A stretch of DNA of 63,186 nt, the filler included, from Folioceros fuciformis (Eukaryota): NCBI GenBank assembly GCA_049999805.1. It is 13 parts of 13 records of this genome, joined end to end, with 100 filler letters (N's around TTAATTAATTAA, not from the genome) between each part and the next. Parts side by side here need not be neighbours in the genome. Positions count along the whole stretch, not along the records: positions 36,505 to 43,250 come from JBNGIO010000879.1; positions 43,351 to 47,946 come from JBNGIO010000880.1; positions 48,047 to 51,100 come from JBNGIO010000881.1; 10 more parts are not named here. One strand, written 5' to 3'. Every line of letters starts with the position of its first letter. Position 1 is the first letter of the stretch. Made by a program: the position numbers and the translations under genes. The notes under the pieces were generated by a model that made no database searches, had not been told where the DNA came from, and saw nothing but the letters and a program-made list of their open reading frames with translations. Positions 38,367 to 51,200 of this stretch are shown here, piece by piece.

Positions 38367-41300
38367 ACAAGACATACACCATGCAGGGTGAACAGTATAC
38401 CCCCGACAAACAGTTGTTTGTAGTGTCTGCTTTCAATAAAGCCATTGCCTCTGGCAAGTTCATGTACGTAGCTAAGCTAAAAAAAGTCTTACCCCTAGAA
38501 GGAACCCTAGAGTCCAGAGCTATAGAAGCCAAGGCTCATGAGGAACTCCTGCCAACCACCATGAAGTCACTGCTACAAGAGTTCCAGGATGTGGTCACCG
38601 AACCAGCAGAACTTCCCCCTAGACGTCCTGTCGACCATGCCATAGATCTCCTGCCAGGCCATAAACCCATCAATATCCAGCCATACCGTACGTCAGCCAC
38701 TGAAAACGAGGAAATAAAAAAACAAGTAGACGAACTCCTACAGAAAGGGTTTGTATGCCCTTTAGTGTCCCCCTTTGGAGCCCCAGTCCTTCTTGTTGGC
38801 AAACCAGATGGTGGTTGGCGACTGTGCATTGACTATCGAGGACTCAACCGAGCCACAGTCAAAAATGTCTACCAAATGCCGAGGATCGATGATTTCCTAG
38901 ACCAACTTCACGGGCAAAGTGGTTTACCAAGATCGATCTCAGATCCGGCTTCCACCAGATCAGGATCAAGGAAGGGGATGAGTCTAAAACAGCCTTCCGC
39001 ACAAGAAATGGCTACTTCGAGTTCAGAGTTATGCCGTTTGGCCTGACAAACGCACCTGCAACATTCCAATGTCTCATGCATGACATCTTACGACCGTTAT
39101 TGAGGCATGGCGTAGAAGTATTCCTCGACGACATCCTAATATACACACCTAACCTGGAGACACATTACACCTTGGTCAAAAAGGTACTTGAGCTGCTGCA
39201 TGCCAACAAGTTGTTAGCCAAAAGAAGTAAGTGTGTCTTCATGAGGCAGGAGTGTGAATACCTGGGCCACATCATTAGTGCCACAGGTATCCGGGTAGAT
39301 CCCCGCAAAGTCAAAGCTGTGGTGGACTGGCCCCTACCTCAGAATATCACACAAACTCTGTGGATTCCTAGGCATGGCCGGCTTTTACCGCCGCTTCATC
39401 CAAAGTTTCAGTATGATAGTTGTTCCACTGACGGATGCCCTCAGGTACTCAACTACCAAACCCTTACAACTGGGGCCAGAGGCAGTCCAGGCATTTGAAC
39501 GGCTCAAGCAAGCCCTTAGCTCGGCTCCCGTACTAGCGGTGGCAGACCCCCAGGCCCCCTACACCCTGCACATAGAAGCATCAGATTTTGCCAGTACGGG
39601 TGCCGTATGGGTGCAGTATTGTCACAACAGGGTTGAGCTATTGCCTACAAATCCAGGTTGTTGCAAGGGGCACAGTTGAATTACGCTGTACATGACAAAG
39701 AGATGTTGGCAATCACCCACACTCTCAAGGTGTGGAGGCATTACCTCTTAGGGTAGAAGGTGGTGTGTCATACAAACCACCAATCCTTGCAACATTTCTT
39801 CTCACAACCCAACCTCAACTCCAGACAGCGCAGATGGGCCGAATACTTGGCGGATTTCGACCTCGAGATCAAGTATGTTACTGGAACTTCTAACGTGGTC
39901 GTAGATGCCTTGAGCAAGAGAGCCTGCACACTCATGACCACACAGTCCCAAACGGTGCAGTTAGTCCGGGATGGATTGCCTCAAGACCCAGAGTTGTGGC
40001 AGCTGTATCAAAATCTCCTAGCAGATGCAGCAGCAGGTATTCCCACGTACTTACCCAACTCTATTCCCTCAAGGATGCCTGTGTTTACCATAAGGGCCGG
40101 TTGGTCATCCCCTCCGAGCTCACCGCTGTCAAACAAGCCATCCTCCATGATCTGCATGACTCCCCAATCCTCGGGCACTTGGGTATTGACAAAACCTATG
40201 CCAAGGTCTGGGAGCATTTCCACTGGGAAGGGATGCGCTCCGACTGCATCGAGTGGGTGCGCTCATGTCAGCCCTGCCAACAAGCCAAACCTAACCATTA
40301 GAAATACCTAGGCCTACTCCAACCCCTCCAAATCCCCAATGGCCGTTTCCAATCCATAGCCATGGACTTCATTACACACCTACCTCGTACCCGCTCTAGT
40401 AAGGACAACATCTGGGTGGTGACAGATAGGTTTTCTAAGGTCTGACACTTCATTCCTGTCACCTTGACCATCACTGCCCCCAAACCTGCCACCCTTTTTG
40501 TTCGTGAAATCTTCCACCTCCATGGAACACCAGAGGACATTGTGTTGGACAAGGACACAAAATTCACCTCCGGATTTTGGCGGAACTTCATGCACACACT
40601 GGGCATCAAACAGAACATGTCTTTAGCCTATCACCCAGAGACGAACGGCCAGACAGAGAGGCAGAATCAGGTGTTAGAAGACATGCTTTGTCATTTCACA
40701 AACGAGAAACAGACGAAGTGGGAGGAGCTCCTTCCCTTGCTGGAGTATGCGTACAATTTCTCGAAGCACGCAGCCACAAGGGTTACTCCCTTCAAACTCA
40801 TGTATGGTGAGACACCCCCGCCTCTGCGCTTATGGCCCAACAGTCAAGACAAGTGGTGAAGCGCTACCAAAATCGCTGAGGACATCTGGCACGAGGTCAA
40901 GATGGCTCGACACAAGCTTCAAGCAGCACAAGACCGGACCTACATCACAGCAAACCGAACCCTAAACCCGACGTCAACTACTCTGTTGGCCAGTTTGTTT
41001 GGCTCCGAGTCAAGCCTCACAGGTACCCTGACATGATTCAGCAACACAGCAAACTCACCTACCGCTTTGTAGGGCCTTTCCGGGTGTTGAAACACATCAA
41101 CAAGGTTGCGTACCAGCTTGAACTACCCGCCGACTGGCGCCTCTGCCAAACATTCCATGTGTCCCTGTTGAAACTAGTAATCCACCGCCGTGCTGACCTT
41201 CCCTCACTGCCGACACCAGCTAAGTCTGTACCAGACCCCAGCCCTGAGGGGGCACCAGGAATGCCCTCCATTCCATCCTCCGTCACCCATTCCAGCACAC

Positions 41301-42088
41301 AGACTCCCGTCCCCTCTCCGGAGGCCAGCCACAGTCTTCCCTCTGAAACCTCCCGACGATATCACCAATTCCCCACCAACCGACCCGCATCCTCCAGCGT
41401 CGACACCGGCACCTCCGGCACCGACACATCCATGACTTCCTAGTTGCGTGGGAGGGCGAGCCTGATTCAGTGGCAACATGGGAACCCGAGGATTTCTGTC
41501 TACAATTCCCCCGTCTGCACGCAAAGATTCTAGATGGCCAGGAGGACCCGGCCCCAACAAGTGGGGGAGAATGAAACAAGGATGATGAGCAGGCCACTCA
41601 AGCCGTCCGCCCAGGAGCTGAAGCTACCACGATCAGGTAGCAGGAACCCTACGAAACACTCATGTTTTTATCGTATACCCAGCTGATATGAAACAATCAA
41701 GTAGATACTAATTAAGTAGATATTATTTAAGTAGACACTAATTAAATAGATACTAATAGATAGATAAAATGCCAGTATATGGAATGTTTGGATAACTAAA
41801 AGTTGTTATACCAGCAGAATCCCAAGAAGTAGGGTAGTTAGGTGGGCAAGTACAACCTTCCTAGAACTGCTCGCTAAACATGTACTTGTAGCAAAACCAA
41901 ACATGAAGAGAACGTCCATTTTCCTAAAGCTAGAATCCAGAGCTGCCCCGTAACATCTTCGGGCCAGTAGCTACTCACACACCCTGACACACCCAAGACT
42001 GAAAAACACCAACGCAATTTTATGTGGACCCATGGCATATTTAACAATATTATTACAATCAATGATTTACTAGGCACGGTCTGTTTCA
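38367..42088 (+). mobile_element. Ty3/Gypsy chromovirus: RT, RNase H, integrase, chromodomain, PPT, 517-bp 3' LTR; degenerate
   Basis: [32 protein letters not shown], integrase YHPETNGQTER, GPFRVL, chromodomain FLVAWEGEPDSVATWEPE (about 41437-41490); PPT AAGTGGGGGAGAA; LTR 41572-42088 bounded by perfect TGAAACA/TGTTTCA. Confidence 0.95.
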
Positions 42089-42809
42089 ATACCCAATTCA
42101 CATGCAAACATGCAATTCATTTTATTGCTTCAGCAACCCGCAAAACATATTTCTTCCTCAAACCAGCTTCATGCACTTCATTTTGCTTAAGCCAGTTTCC
42201 CACCTGTCTTCCACAAAGCTATGTTGGGCACTTGGTTTTGCTTAATGGAGAAAGACATGAATCCGTATGCATCAGCCTCAGTATAACAATGTTGTCCTGC
42301 ATAAGTGGTGGTTTCAATAGTCCAGATGAGTGACAAGTGAGCGGCATGTCACAAGCCTCACAAGTGAGTAGCTTTTCACCTACTACCAGTTTCTCCTTGT
42401 TGCCTTTCACAGTGCCCATGCTTGAGGCGTCTATCGTTGGCAACACCTTGCCACCAATTGCTATGCGGGGTTTGGCAACAAGCCCTTCCTTACAGGTACA
42501 TTCAACACCACAACCTGTAGCTCATCTCCCTAAAGATGATTGTGTGCAAATCTCTCCACTGCCCACCAAACGACGACGACGTGCAGTGAAGAAAGAGCAA
42601 TTCATGAAGACAGGGGATTTTTTGGCTAGTGGCAAGAAGGAGATGCGTGGAAAGAGCATCATGTGATAAACCCCATTTATGTGAAAGGTGGGATGAAGGT
42701 CGAATTTCACAAAACTCCAAAACAAGGTTGGCCTTTTGCTATAGTTCAAGAGTTAGTCGCAACAAATTCAAGTTCTTATCTCACAAATTTCCTACCCCTC
42801 CAAGATTTG

Positions 42810-43250
42810 TGTGAACCTCCAAAGTTTGGGGTAGTAGTTTGTTTTGGTTGAAAAAGGGTTAATAGTGGTATGGTTTGGTTTTCTTTTTCAACTTATTTTC
42901 CCTAATTTTCCTTGATTTTCTGGTCATTTTTCCTATTTTTCTTTGTGCTAATTAAGTTAATTGACCAGGAAATAGTTGGTTTGGTTATAAGAGTGGGTAT
43001 AGGTTTGGTCCTAGAGCTGGGAAGGATTAGGTTCAGTACCAGGCCATAGGGTTGGGTGATTAGTTTAATATTAATTAAAGATATATAATATTGAATGATT
43101 AAATAATAATATAATAATATAAAATAATATAATAATGGTTTGAACATAGGAAGGGGTATCTGGGTGTGTCAGGGTCTGACGATAGGCTGGCTGATTGCTT
43201 GGTTGGCACGAATGGTTGTGGAGGCCATGCCCTAGCAAGAGCTAGAGGCA
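42810..43250 (+). repeat. Start of a young high-copy repeat, probably an LTR (copy 2)
   Basis: Near-identical to 11689-12113. Confidence 0.85.
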
Positions 43251-44958
43251 NNNNNNNNNNNNNNNNNNNNNNNNNNNNNNNNNNNNNNNNNNNNTTAATT
43301 AATTAANNNNNNNNNNNNNNNNNNNNNNNNNNNNNNNNNNNNNNNNNNNNATTCCTCGACCTCAGCAATCGCGCCCTGCCGCTTCTCCTTCTCCTTCTTC
43401 TCCTTCTCCTCCTCGTTCCCGTTACCAACTCCTTTCCTCGGCTTTCGGTACCCGTCACAACTTTACTCCCCCCGGCTCAAAATAAGTTATCTTGCGATAA
43501 GTTAGGGATCGAATTTCACTTCCCCGACCCACTCTACTTCCTTCTTCGTACCCTGCTAGCTGAATAGGAAAATGATAAATGCAACTTGTTACATGACCTT
43601 ACCACTTTCTGCAAGCTGCAATTCTAGTCTACATGTCTATCTTATACCTCAAGTCTGTATGGTTTTCATCATACATAAATATTAATAGAATTTTTATTTT
43701 ATTTTATCTATAATATTATTATAAAATAAATATTTATGCTCTTTGTTCTAAATTATCATAATAATGTTTATTTGAAAGTATTCTTTCTTGATGACATACT
43801 AATATAATTTAAAATACTAATTTTTTTATTTTTTTATTTAAATAATTATATGTATTAATCTTTGAAATTAAAATAATTTATTATCATGGTTGAGGATATG
43901 GTATCATTTGAAAAAAAAACATACATATTATAATGAATGCTGCGATTCATATTAGTATAACATAATTTTGATCAAAGACAATAAGATAACTCAAGTTTAT
44001 CACAGCTTAAATACCATATTAGTGTACAATTTCATGGAAATCAAGCTAAAGAATTTGCCCATGAAAAGAAAAGGCTTGTAAGCAATCAGAATGATATGAT
44101 ATAGAAAGAATAATGTTTAATAACTAATATTCATTTTTATAAACGTAATGAATATATAAATTAGATTTGGATATTGCTTTCTTGAAACTATAGTATTCTT
44201 TAAATCAGATAATAAAAAATTAATTTATATATATATTAAACTAAATAAAAAGATATAATTATTGATAATCCATCAAGAAATAGAATATGGTATACAAAAA
44301 TATTATAGGATACCAAGGTGATTTGTAAATACGTATGTATCTTTATAATCCTAAAAGTATGACCAATCACACCATGGATCAACTCATGGGTGTGAAACTA
44401 GGTTTATCGTGTTATTTAAACTTTTTTTATTTATATGATATAATATATACTATTATAATTAGGTAGGAAGATTTTTAAATATAATTATACATTGTCCAAA
44501 AACTTGTTGGGTCCACAAGAGGGGACAAATGTCAGTTATGACTCCACTAAACGGTTGAACTGCAAGCAATGTTAGCTTGTCTTTTGGTCTCCAACTGCTT
44601 TCATCTTGTCTATAGTTGTCACTTGGCTAGACTTGCCTTTTAGCTAGTTACCCCTTCCCCTTCCTGGAGTTTCTTTTGGGCTCAAGATGCATAGTCTCAA
44701 AGCTCAAGTTTGGTCAACTTGTATCACTTGATAGTACTAGCTTGACTAGCAGCTACTCCAGAAAGTGATGCACTTAGTTGATTAATGTGTGTCATTGCTG
44801 TCATGGACCTTATGTCAATTTATGGAGAGTGATTTTGTTCTTCTACATTTTGTTTGCATGTAGCTATAGATTTCAGTTGATTCGTATTACATTGAGCTAC
44901 CCAAATCAATGTATGCAATTTTTACTAGTATTTGTGAGTTGGTTTCATGGTGATAGCC

Positions 44959-45171
44959 ATGAGAAGAAGTTCTTATTGGAGTTGCATTTTGCTGGTGGCC
45001 TTGTTCTTTCAAGTATACTTAATCAACGGAGGTAAGAGTTCTCTTCACTAAATCATCCAGCTTCGCTAAGCTTAGATTGCGCAATGTTTGAGTATGAGCT
45101 TCGGTAACACAAACAATCACCTTGAGTGAGCAGTTCAAGATATTGCTAAAAGGACTTCTACTTTTTCTTTA

Positions 45172-45218
<47 letters not shown>

Positions 45219-47946
45219 TGCAAAGTTGCTGTTGTTGTTTTAGAAATTTGTCTCACAAAGTGGTGCAAATGATATTTTTTAGTTCAACTTCATCAATGGA
45301 GAAACAACAAGGTACCCACAATATCCAGTAGATGACTCTGGAACATATCCGGATGATGTGCGAAATTGGCAAAATGTGGGTGCTAATACCATCACATTCA
45401 ATCATATGCGTCACCTTCTTCAAGGTATATCTTTGTCCATTAAAGACATGCTATTACAGTATTTTCTAGTGTTCTTGAATGATGATAAGATGCATCATTG
45501 CATGCAAGTTGTTGTTCATGTTTTTCCTTTCTATTGCTCTTGTACTTAGTAAGTTTGGAAGAACACATTGTTGTTCTTGTTAGATAGTTTGAATAGTGTG
45601 ATCAATAATAAGATATTCCTGATTGCATCTAAACTTGTAAGCCTGTTCATTTTGGTTGTTCTTGCTCCCCCAGAATCTTCTTCTTCTTCTGGAGTAGTTC
45701 AGGTTTCTGATGCAATATCACTAGTTCAAGCATTACTAGATAAACGTTCCCAGATCTACATCAATCAAAATATAGATATTGCTGGTAAGAGTTTAAGCAA
45801 GAGAGATCTGTCTTGTTCATGTTGTATGTTCTGTGGAATACAATCTGTTCTCCAAATAGTCACTAGCTTTGCCAATCGGAACTGTGCTGATCCGCATTGA
45901 TGCAAACCGGTTGCGGTTGCAGGGGCAGCTCCTCTTCCTGATGTCACCAGCCAGATCACCATCACAGGAGTTTGTGTCGGTAGCCCATGCAAGATCGATG
46001 CTGGGGGCACGGCCCAAATCTTTCTGGTGGGCATCAGCGGTTACCTCGTTCTCAAGGACCTGGAGATCACGGGAGGCCAGTGCAGCTCGGGTGCAGCCAT
46101 CACTGTCTCGGGAACAGGCACAAGCACCGCTGGCACAGGGGGCAAACTCGTTTCCATCAATGTCAAGTTCTCAAACAACACTGCCTCGGTACATAGTTAT
46201 CCTTCTCTGCCATGGAGCATTTCATGGCTCAGCAAAACACTTGCCTTTATCAACCCGGTTTGCCTGAGCAGGAACGTGGAGGTGCTATCAACATCCAAGC
46301 TGGTGGCTCTGCTTACTTCCAAAACAGTGTTTTCTCGCAGAATAAGGTGAGTTCCACAAGCTCTTTTCTGATGCCCTGGTTGCTACTCAGGTTGTCGTGT
46401 TGAAACCCAATACTGTCTACAGGCCATGAAAGGAGGTTCCGTGTACATAGGAGGCTCCGTGTACGTTGGGGACTCCAGCGAGAAATCCCCTGATCAAGAA
46501 GCATACCCCGAGCAAGACGGGTGCGGACTCACCAGTTGTGCCACCTTTGTCAATACTGGATTCTCTGATGGTTGGGCAGACATGGGAGGTGCAGTCTATG
46601 TCGATGACTCTGCCCATACCTGTGCTCCCTCTGGAGGCGGCAGAATTGACTGTTCCACCTGCAGCTTCCGGAACAACCGAGCCACGGTTGGTCCTGCTCC
46701 TCACTCTGCTCTGACATCACCTCCGGAGTCCAAGATTTGATTCCAGCATTAGCTAGTTCCCAGGACCACAAGTAACCCAACCCGTGATTGTCAGACATAT
46801 GGTGGTGCTGTTCTCCTGGCATGGGAAGCAAGTGGCGCTGTGGGCTCCTTCAAGTGGAGTGCATTTCACAACAACACAGCAGGGGTATGGCGTTCTTGCT
46901 TCTTGCACCTTGCACCTTGTTGACGGTGTCCTTCCAAGCTTGTTGGTAACCTCTAGCTGACAGCTTTAGCTACACTCTCACTGGTGCTTCAGGAAGCTGG
47001 TGGGGATATCGCCACGCAACCCGGCCAAGCAGGCAGCCCAGGAGTGCAGCTTTATGTCTATGCAACCGAGTTCAGTGATAGCACTGCTCCGGTAGAATTC
47101 AATCCCTGCAACATCCTAAGCAAACACTGTGTAAATGCACATCACGGTCGGCTCTCGCCATTAAACAAATTCCTTCCTTGCCCCCGTTTGCAACTTCTGC
47201 TGACTTCTCGACAAATATTAGTCACATACCTGGAGTCCCACAGCTAGACTAAGCTATGCACACTGACTGACGTTGTGCGCTCACTTGTTTGGCTGGGCAG
47301 TATGGAGAAGCCGTGGCAGTAGCACAGTTTGCAAATGCTTCCTTTTCAAATTCTGCATTCCGAGAATCTGCGGTATTGACCGTCTAGCGTCATGCATTCT
47401 GTATACCATAGGCTGTACACACCTTTAGAGGCCGTTCAGTGCCACACGCTTGCATTCACCGCACTCGTCCTAGTTGAAACTCACCTAATGGCTCAGAAGA
47501 ATCCTAACTTTGTATAACCATCCTTATGGAAGGGATCGTACTCGGTGTTGTGTGAAGGAACCTGCAACTTCTGTCCGTCACAATCGTCGTCAGCACAGGC
47601 AAGAAACCCTTCAGAAATGAATGATTTTGCACCCGAACAGTCAGAGTTGATGATGGCTCTGACATCTGTCTCCATGCTACAACTCCAGGTTAGCGTTCAA
47701 GGAAATGGAAACAAGCTTGTGACTACAGGTGCGTGAAGCAAGCATGTCCACACATCCTTGTAAGTGACAGAAGATTGACCAAGCCATAGCCATACTGAAG
47801 GTCCGACCGTCTCTGCAGGCACATGTCCCTTGCCGCCAGAATCTCTGTGCGGATGGTTTCCCCCAGAATGTGCAACACCACCACCACCTCCTCCAAACAG
47901 CCCCCCACCTCCAAGTCCTCCTCCACCATCCCCACCTCCCCCTCCT
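44959..47946 (+). CDS. Spliced gene for a probably secreted beta-helix (Pmp-like GGA(I/V)/FxxN repeat) protein with an extensin-like Ser-Pro tail; 3' truncated
   Basis: Signal-peptide-like MRRSSYWSCILLVALFFQVYLING (44959-45030). GT-AG exons 45674-45784, 45923-46188, 46272-46346, 46423-46686, 46795-46884, 46993-47091, 47301-47372 join in frame to give LPDVTSQITITG...LVLKDLEITGG...FSNNTA/RGGAINI...FSQNK/KGGSVYI...MGGAVYV...FRNNRA/YGGAVLL...FHNNTA/AGGDI. Last visible exon (47819-47946) reads PPPPPPNSPPPPSPPPPSPPPPP. The join of the 5' exons is unresolved. Confidence 0.75.
45175..45216 (+). repeat. Poly(A) run of 42 nt, probably intronic
   Basis: Direct reading of the sequence. Confidence 0.9.
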
Positions 47947-50900
47947 NNNNNNNNNNNNNNNNNNNNNNNNNNNNNNNNNNNNNNNNNNNNTTAATTAATT
48001 AANNNNNNNNNNNNNNNNNNNNNNNNNNNNNNNNNNNNNNNNNNNNGACCATCGGAAGTGCTGTGTAGGTGCAGTGTCTGGGACCCGGCGGGCCGACCCG
48101 ACCAGGTGGGCTGGCCTTGGCTGGGCTTGGCTTGTAAGTTGTAAGGTGTGAGGGAAGAAGCACCGAGGGGCCATGGCACATGGCGGGCGCCCTCTCTCCT
48201 ATTAATTACGTGCCTGGAAGTGCGGTTTGAGCAGGCAGTGAGGAAGCCAAGCTGCCAACCCGAACCCAGCCCCTTTGGGGCATGGCGATATGGCTGTGGC
48301 TCCATCATTCTAGCCTGGGCCTGTTACACACTTCGGAGGCCTGGGCTTGCGCTGCTCTGCTCTGCTCTGTTCTGTTCTGCGCGCGCTCCGGTGTGAGTGA
48401 TCGTTAACCGATGGGTTTGGTTGCGTGCAGGCTGCCACCTGTACATGTGCCCCGGAAATCGAACAGCGCGGGGCGCTGTTCGACAAAGCGCAGACACTCC
48501 AGGCCCCTCGGGTGGCGCTACATCGATATCCATTCATTACCCCGCTACTCTCACCAACATGATGGCTTCTTTGTTGCGCGTCAGTTTGAACAGACTCTGA
48601 CTCTCGATCGATCACGGCGGGCTAGCGGCCTGGTGGGCTGGCTGGCTGGCTGGCTGGGGGCCTGAAAGCTCGCCCAGCCGGGGAATAGGTGTGCGTGAAT
48701 GCGAAGCGGAAGCAGAGAGCATGCGATGCGATGCGATACGATACGATACGATGTGCAACTGCTGCAACGTTGAATGGCCAGAATCTGCAGGCAGGGACAG
48801 CGTGCTGAATATGCAATGCCAACCGTTCTTGGTGCAGCTGTGTGTGTGGGCAGGCAGCCTATGCTGGATCCCCCGGGCCCAATGCAAGCAGCGTCTACAG
48901 CATCTCGTCATCATGAAGGTCATCCACTTTGCATCCGCAAGGCTTAGCGCATTGTAAGGACAGGGACAGGGACAGGGTCAGGGTCGGGGTCGGGGTCGGG
49001 GTCAGGGGTCACGTCTGCACAGGTATGAGACACTACACTACGCTACGTTTCCCTTCTTCCCTTCCTTTCCCTACCCCTACAACCACACTGCACACCAACC
49101 ATGCTGCGTCTCCAGCTAGCCCGGTGCGTGTGGAGGCAGCGGTTGCAAGCGGTTGAAGAAAAGTGGAGCAATTCTGGGATAGGACGCAACTGCACGCTCC
49201 TATCCTACAGGACAATGATCCTCTAGCGATGGCGTATGCATGGCACTGGCATGGCATTGGCTTTGGCATTGCTCTTAAATAAATAGCAGCTTTCAAAATA
49301 ATAGAAGTAATAGGTGCTGTCTTATGAACAACGAACATCACTCTCTCCCTTATCTGGAGGACTCTTTTACAGGACTCCAGACACCTCAAAAAAAAAGACG
49401 GGACGGGACTCTCCAAAATTGTGGACGTCGATCCGGCATCAGTCCCACCCCGACTCCCAGTTCCAGTCAGCTCCTCAATAAACAGATTAACTACAGTACG
49501 TAGCACATGTGTAGAGTATAAATTTATCTAGAGCATGCAATCTCAGCTACAGTCCTGACCAGAGCCATCTGGAGCACTGCCATCAGTCTAGCTAGTCTAG
49601 AGCAGGCAGGGCCAGCAGGTCCATCGGATCTACCACGTACATACGTCTCCCAGCTAGATCCCGCCTTCAGCTTGGACCAAGAATATATATGTATGACGTG
49701 TGCCTGCAAAACAAGAAAATTTGCAATGCCACTGCACCCACTGCGACAAGCAACCTTGCTTCCTTGTTTCTTTCCTTGCTTCCTTGCTTCTTCCCTTCCT
49801 TCCTTGCTTCCCTCCCTCCCTCCCTCCCTCTCTTCCTCCTCCTCCTCCGCCGCCCTCCTTCAAATCCCTCCTTCCAGCTGCACATGTACATCACATTGCG
49901 TGCACAGCCCACATGTTGGAACGTAACTCCTCTCCGGGCCTTCGCCCAAAGACAAGGCCATTGCCGAGTGCTGCAGCATACATATTATGGACCGCCACTC
50001 CTAATGCAGCCGTGGCGTGTGCATCCTCAGCCTTCGGACACATCACATCTGCGCTCCGCAATGGCGCCCGGCCAGCTGTGACTGCCCGGCCCTATGCTGT
50101 CAACAACTGCACAGCCTCGTCAAATGGCGATCAGGGACTTCCAACATGAGGTGTCACGGGTGGGTGTAGCTTCCATTCCATGCCCAGCCCCTCTCTGGTA
50201 TCACAGATGTCAGTACACATAACATGAGAGTAAATATGTCCTGCCAGACATTACCCAGGACCTGGTGTGACGGTAGTTAAGATATGTAGTTGCGGACTCC
50301 AGGCCCCCAATAAGAGTGGATCACGAGCAGCTGCTGCTGCAGCTGCAGCCGCGATCGCACCTCGACCCATCTTCTAATTAACCTGTTCAAAAAAAAACCT
50401 GAGACTCTAAGCGCTCAGACAAGTCTACCTGCCTCCCTTAAAGTCGACGATGGAGTAGGCCCAGGCGTTGTTGTACAGGCCTCTGCGTTGACAAACAACG
50501 TTAAACTCTCTCAAGCTTCCTTCAGATTTTCCTTCTCGTCGATTTAACTTCTCCCCCACCCTACCCTTGATACCAGAATTACGCTACCTCCGTATAGGCC
50601 GGCCAAGCCTCGCCCACAACACAGGCAAGACCGGCCGCCCACCTACATGGCGTAGCCCAATTCCAGAACAACCAACCATGATGAAGTGAAGCGGCAACAT
50701 GCGCAGGGGAAGAAGGAAGCACAAGAAGAAGAAGAAGAGAAAATTACAGAGACTCGCAGCACGACTACTCCACGGGTACCAACAATGATAACGGGGAACA
50801 CATATCCATCCGTCCATCCATCGTCATCTCTACCACCCCTGTTCTGCTCTGTTCTGTCCTGTCCTGTCCTGCCCTGCCCTGTCCCCCGTTGCAAGCCAAG

Positions 50901-51200
50901 CCCGTCGACCTCCCCGAAATAATAATACGATCGAGAAACAGCTACAAAAGTGGCTACTGCTTCCATGAAGCTTCCAGCCCCCAGCAGCGCATCCGGCCAG
51001 GCTCTCAGGCTCCCTCCGCTGTGCAATACGAGAGGAGAGGAGAGAATGGTGGAGCAATTGGAATGGCGGGATCAAATCGAAGTACGTGCACGGACCGCGT
51101 NNNNNNNNNNNNNNNNNNNNNNNNNNNNNNNNNNNNNNNNNNNNTTAATTAATTAANNNNNNNNNNNNNNNNNNNNNNNNNNNNNNNNNNNNNNNNNNNN

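Noticed and set aside
42337-42666. 109-aa ORF downstream of the chromovirus LTR
   Set aside because: Low complexity, no recognisable domain, lies between two TE ends.
43560-44500. Very AT-rich tract as organellar insertion or MITE
   Set aside because: No organellar gene remnants or terminal inverted repeats that I could identify.
44959-47946. Bacterial contaminant autotransporter gene
   Set aside because: In-frame GT-AG introns and an SP4 tail show a eukaryotic nuclear gene; no beta-barrel is visible.
48148-51075. Short ORFs as peptide hormones, or a conserved miRNA
   Set aside because: ORFs translate microsatellites; I recognised no CLE, RALF or DVL motif and no conserved mature miRNA.
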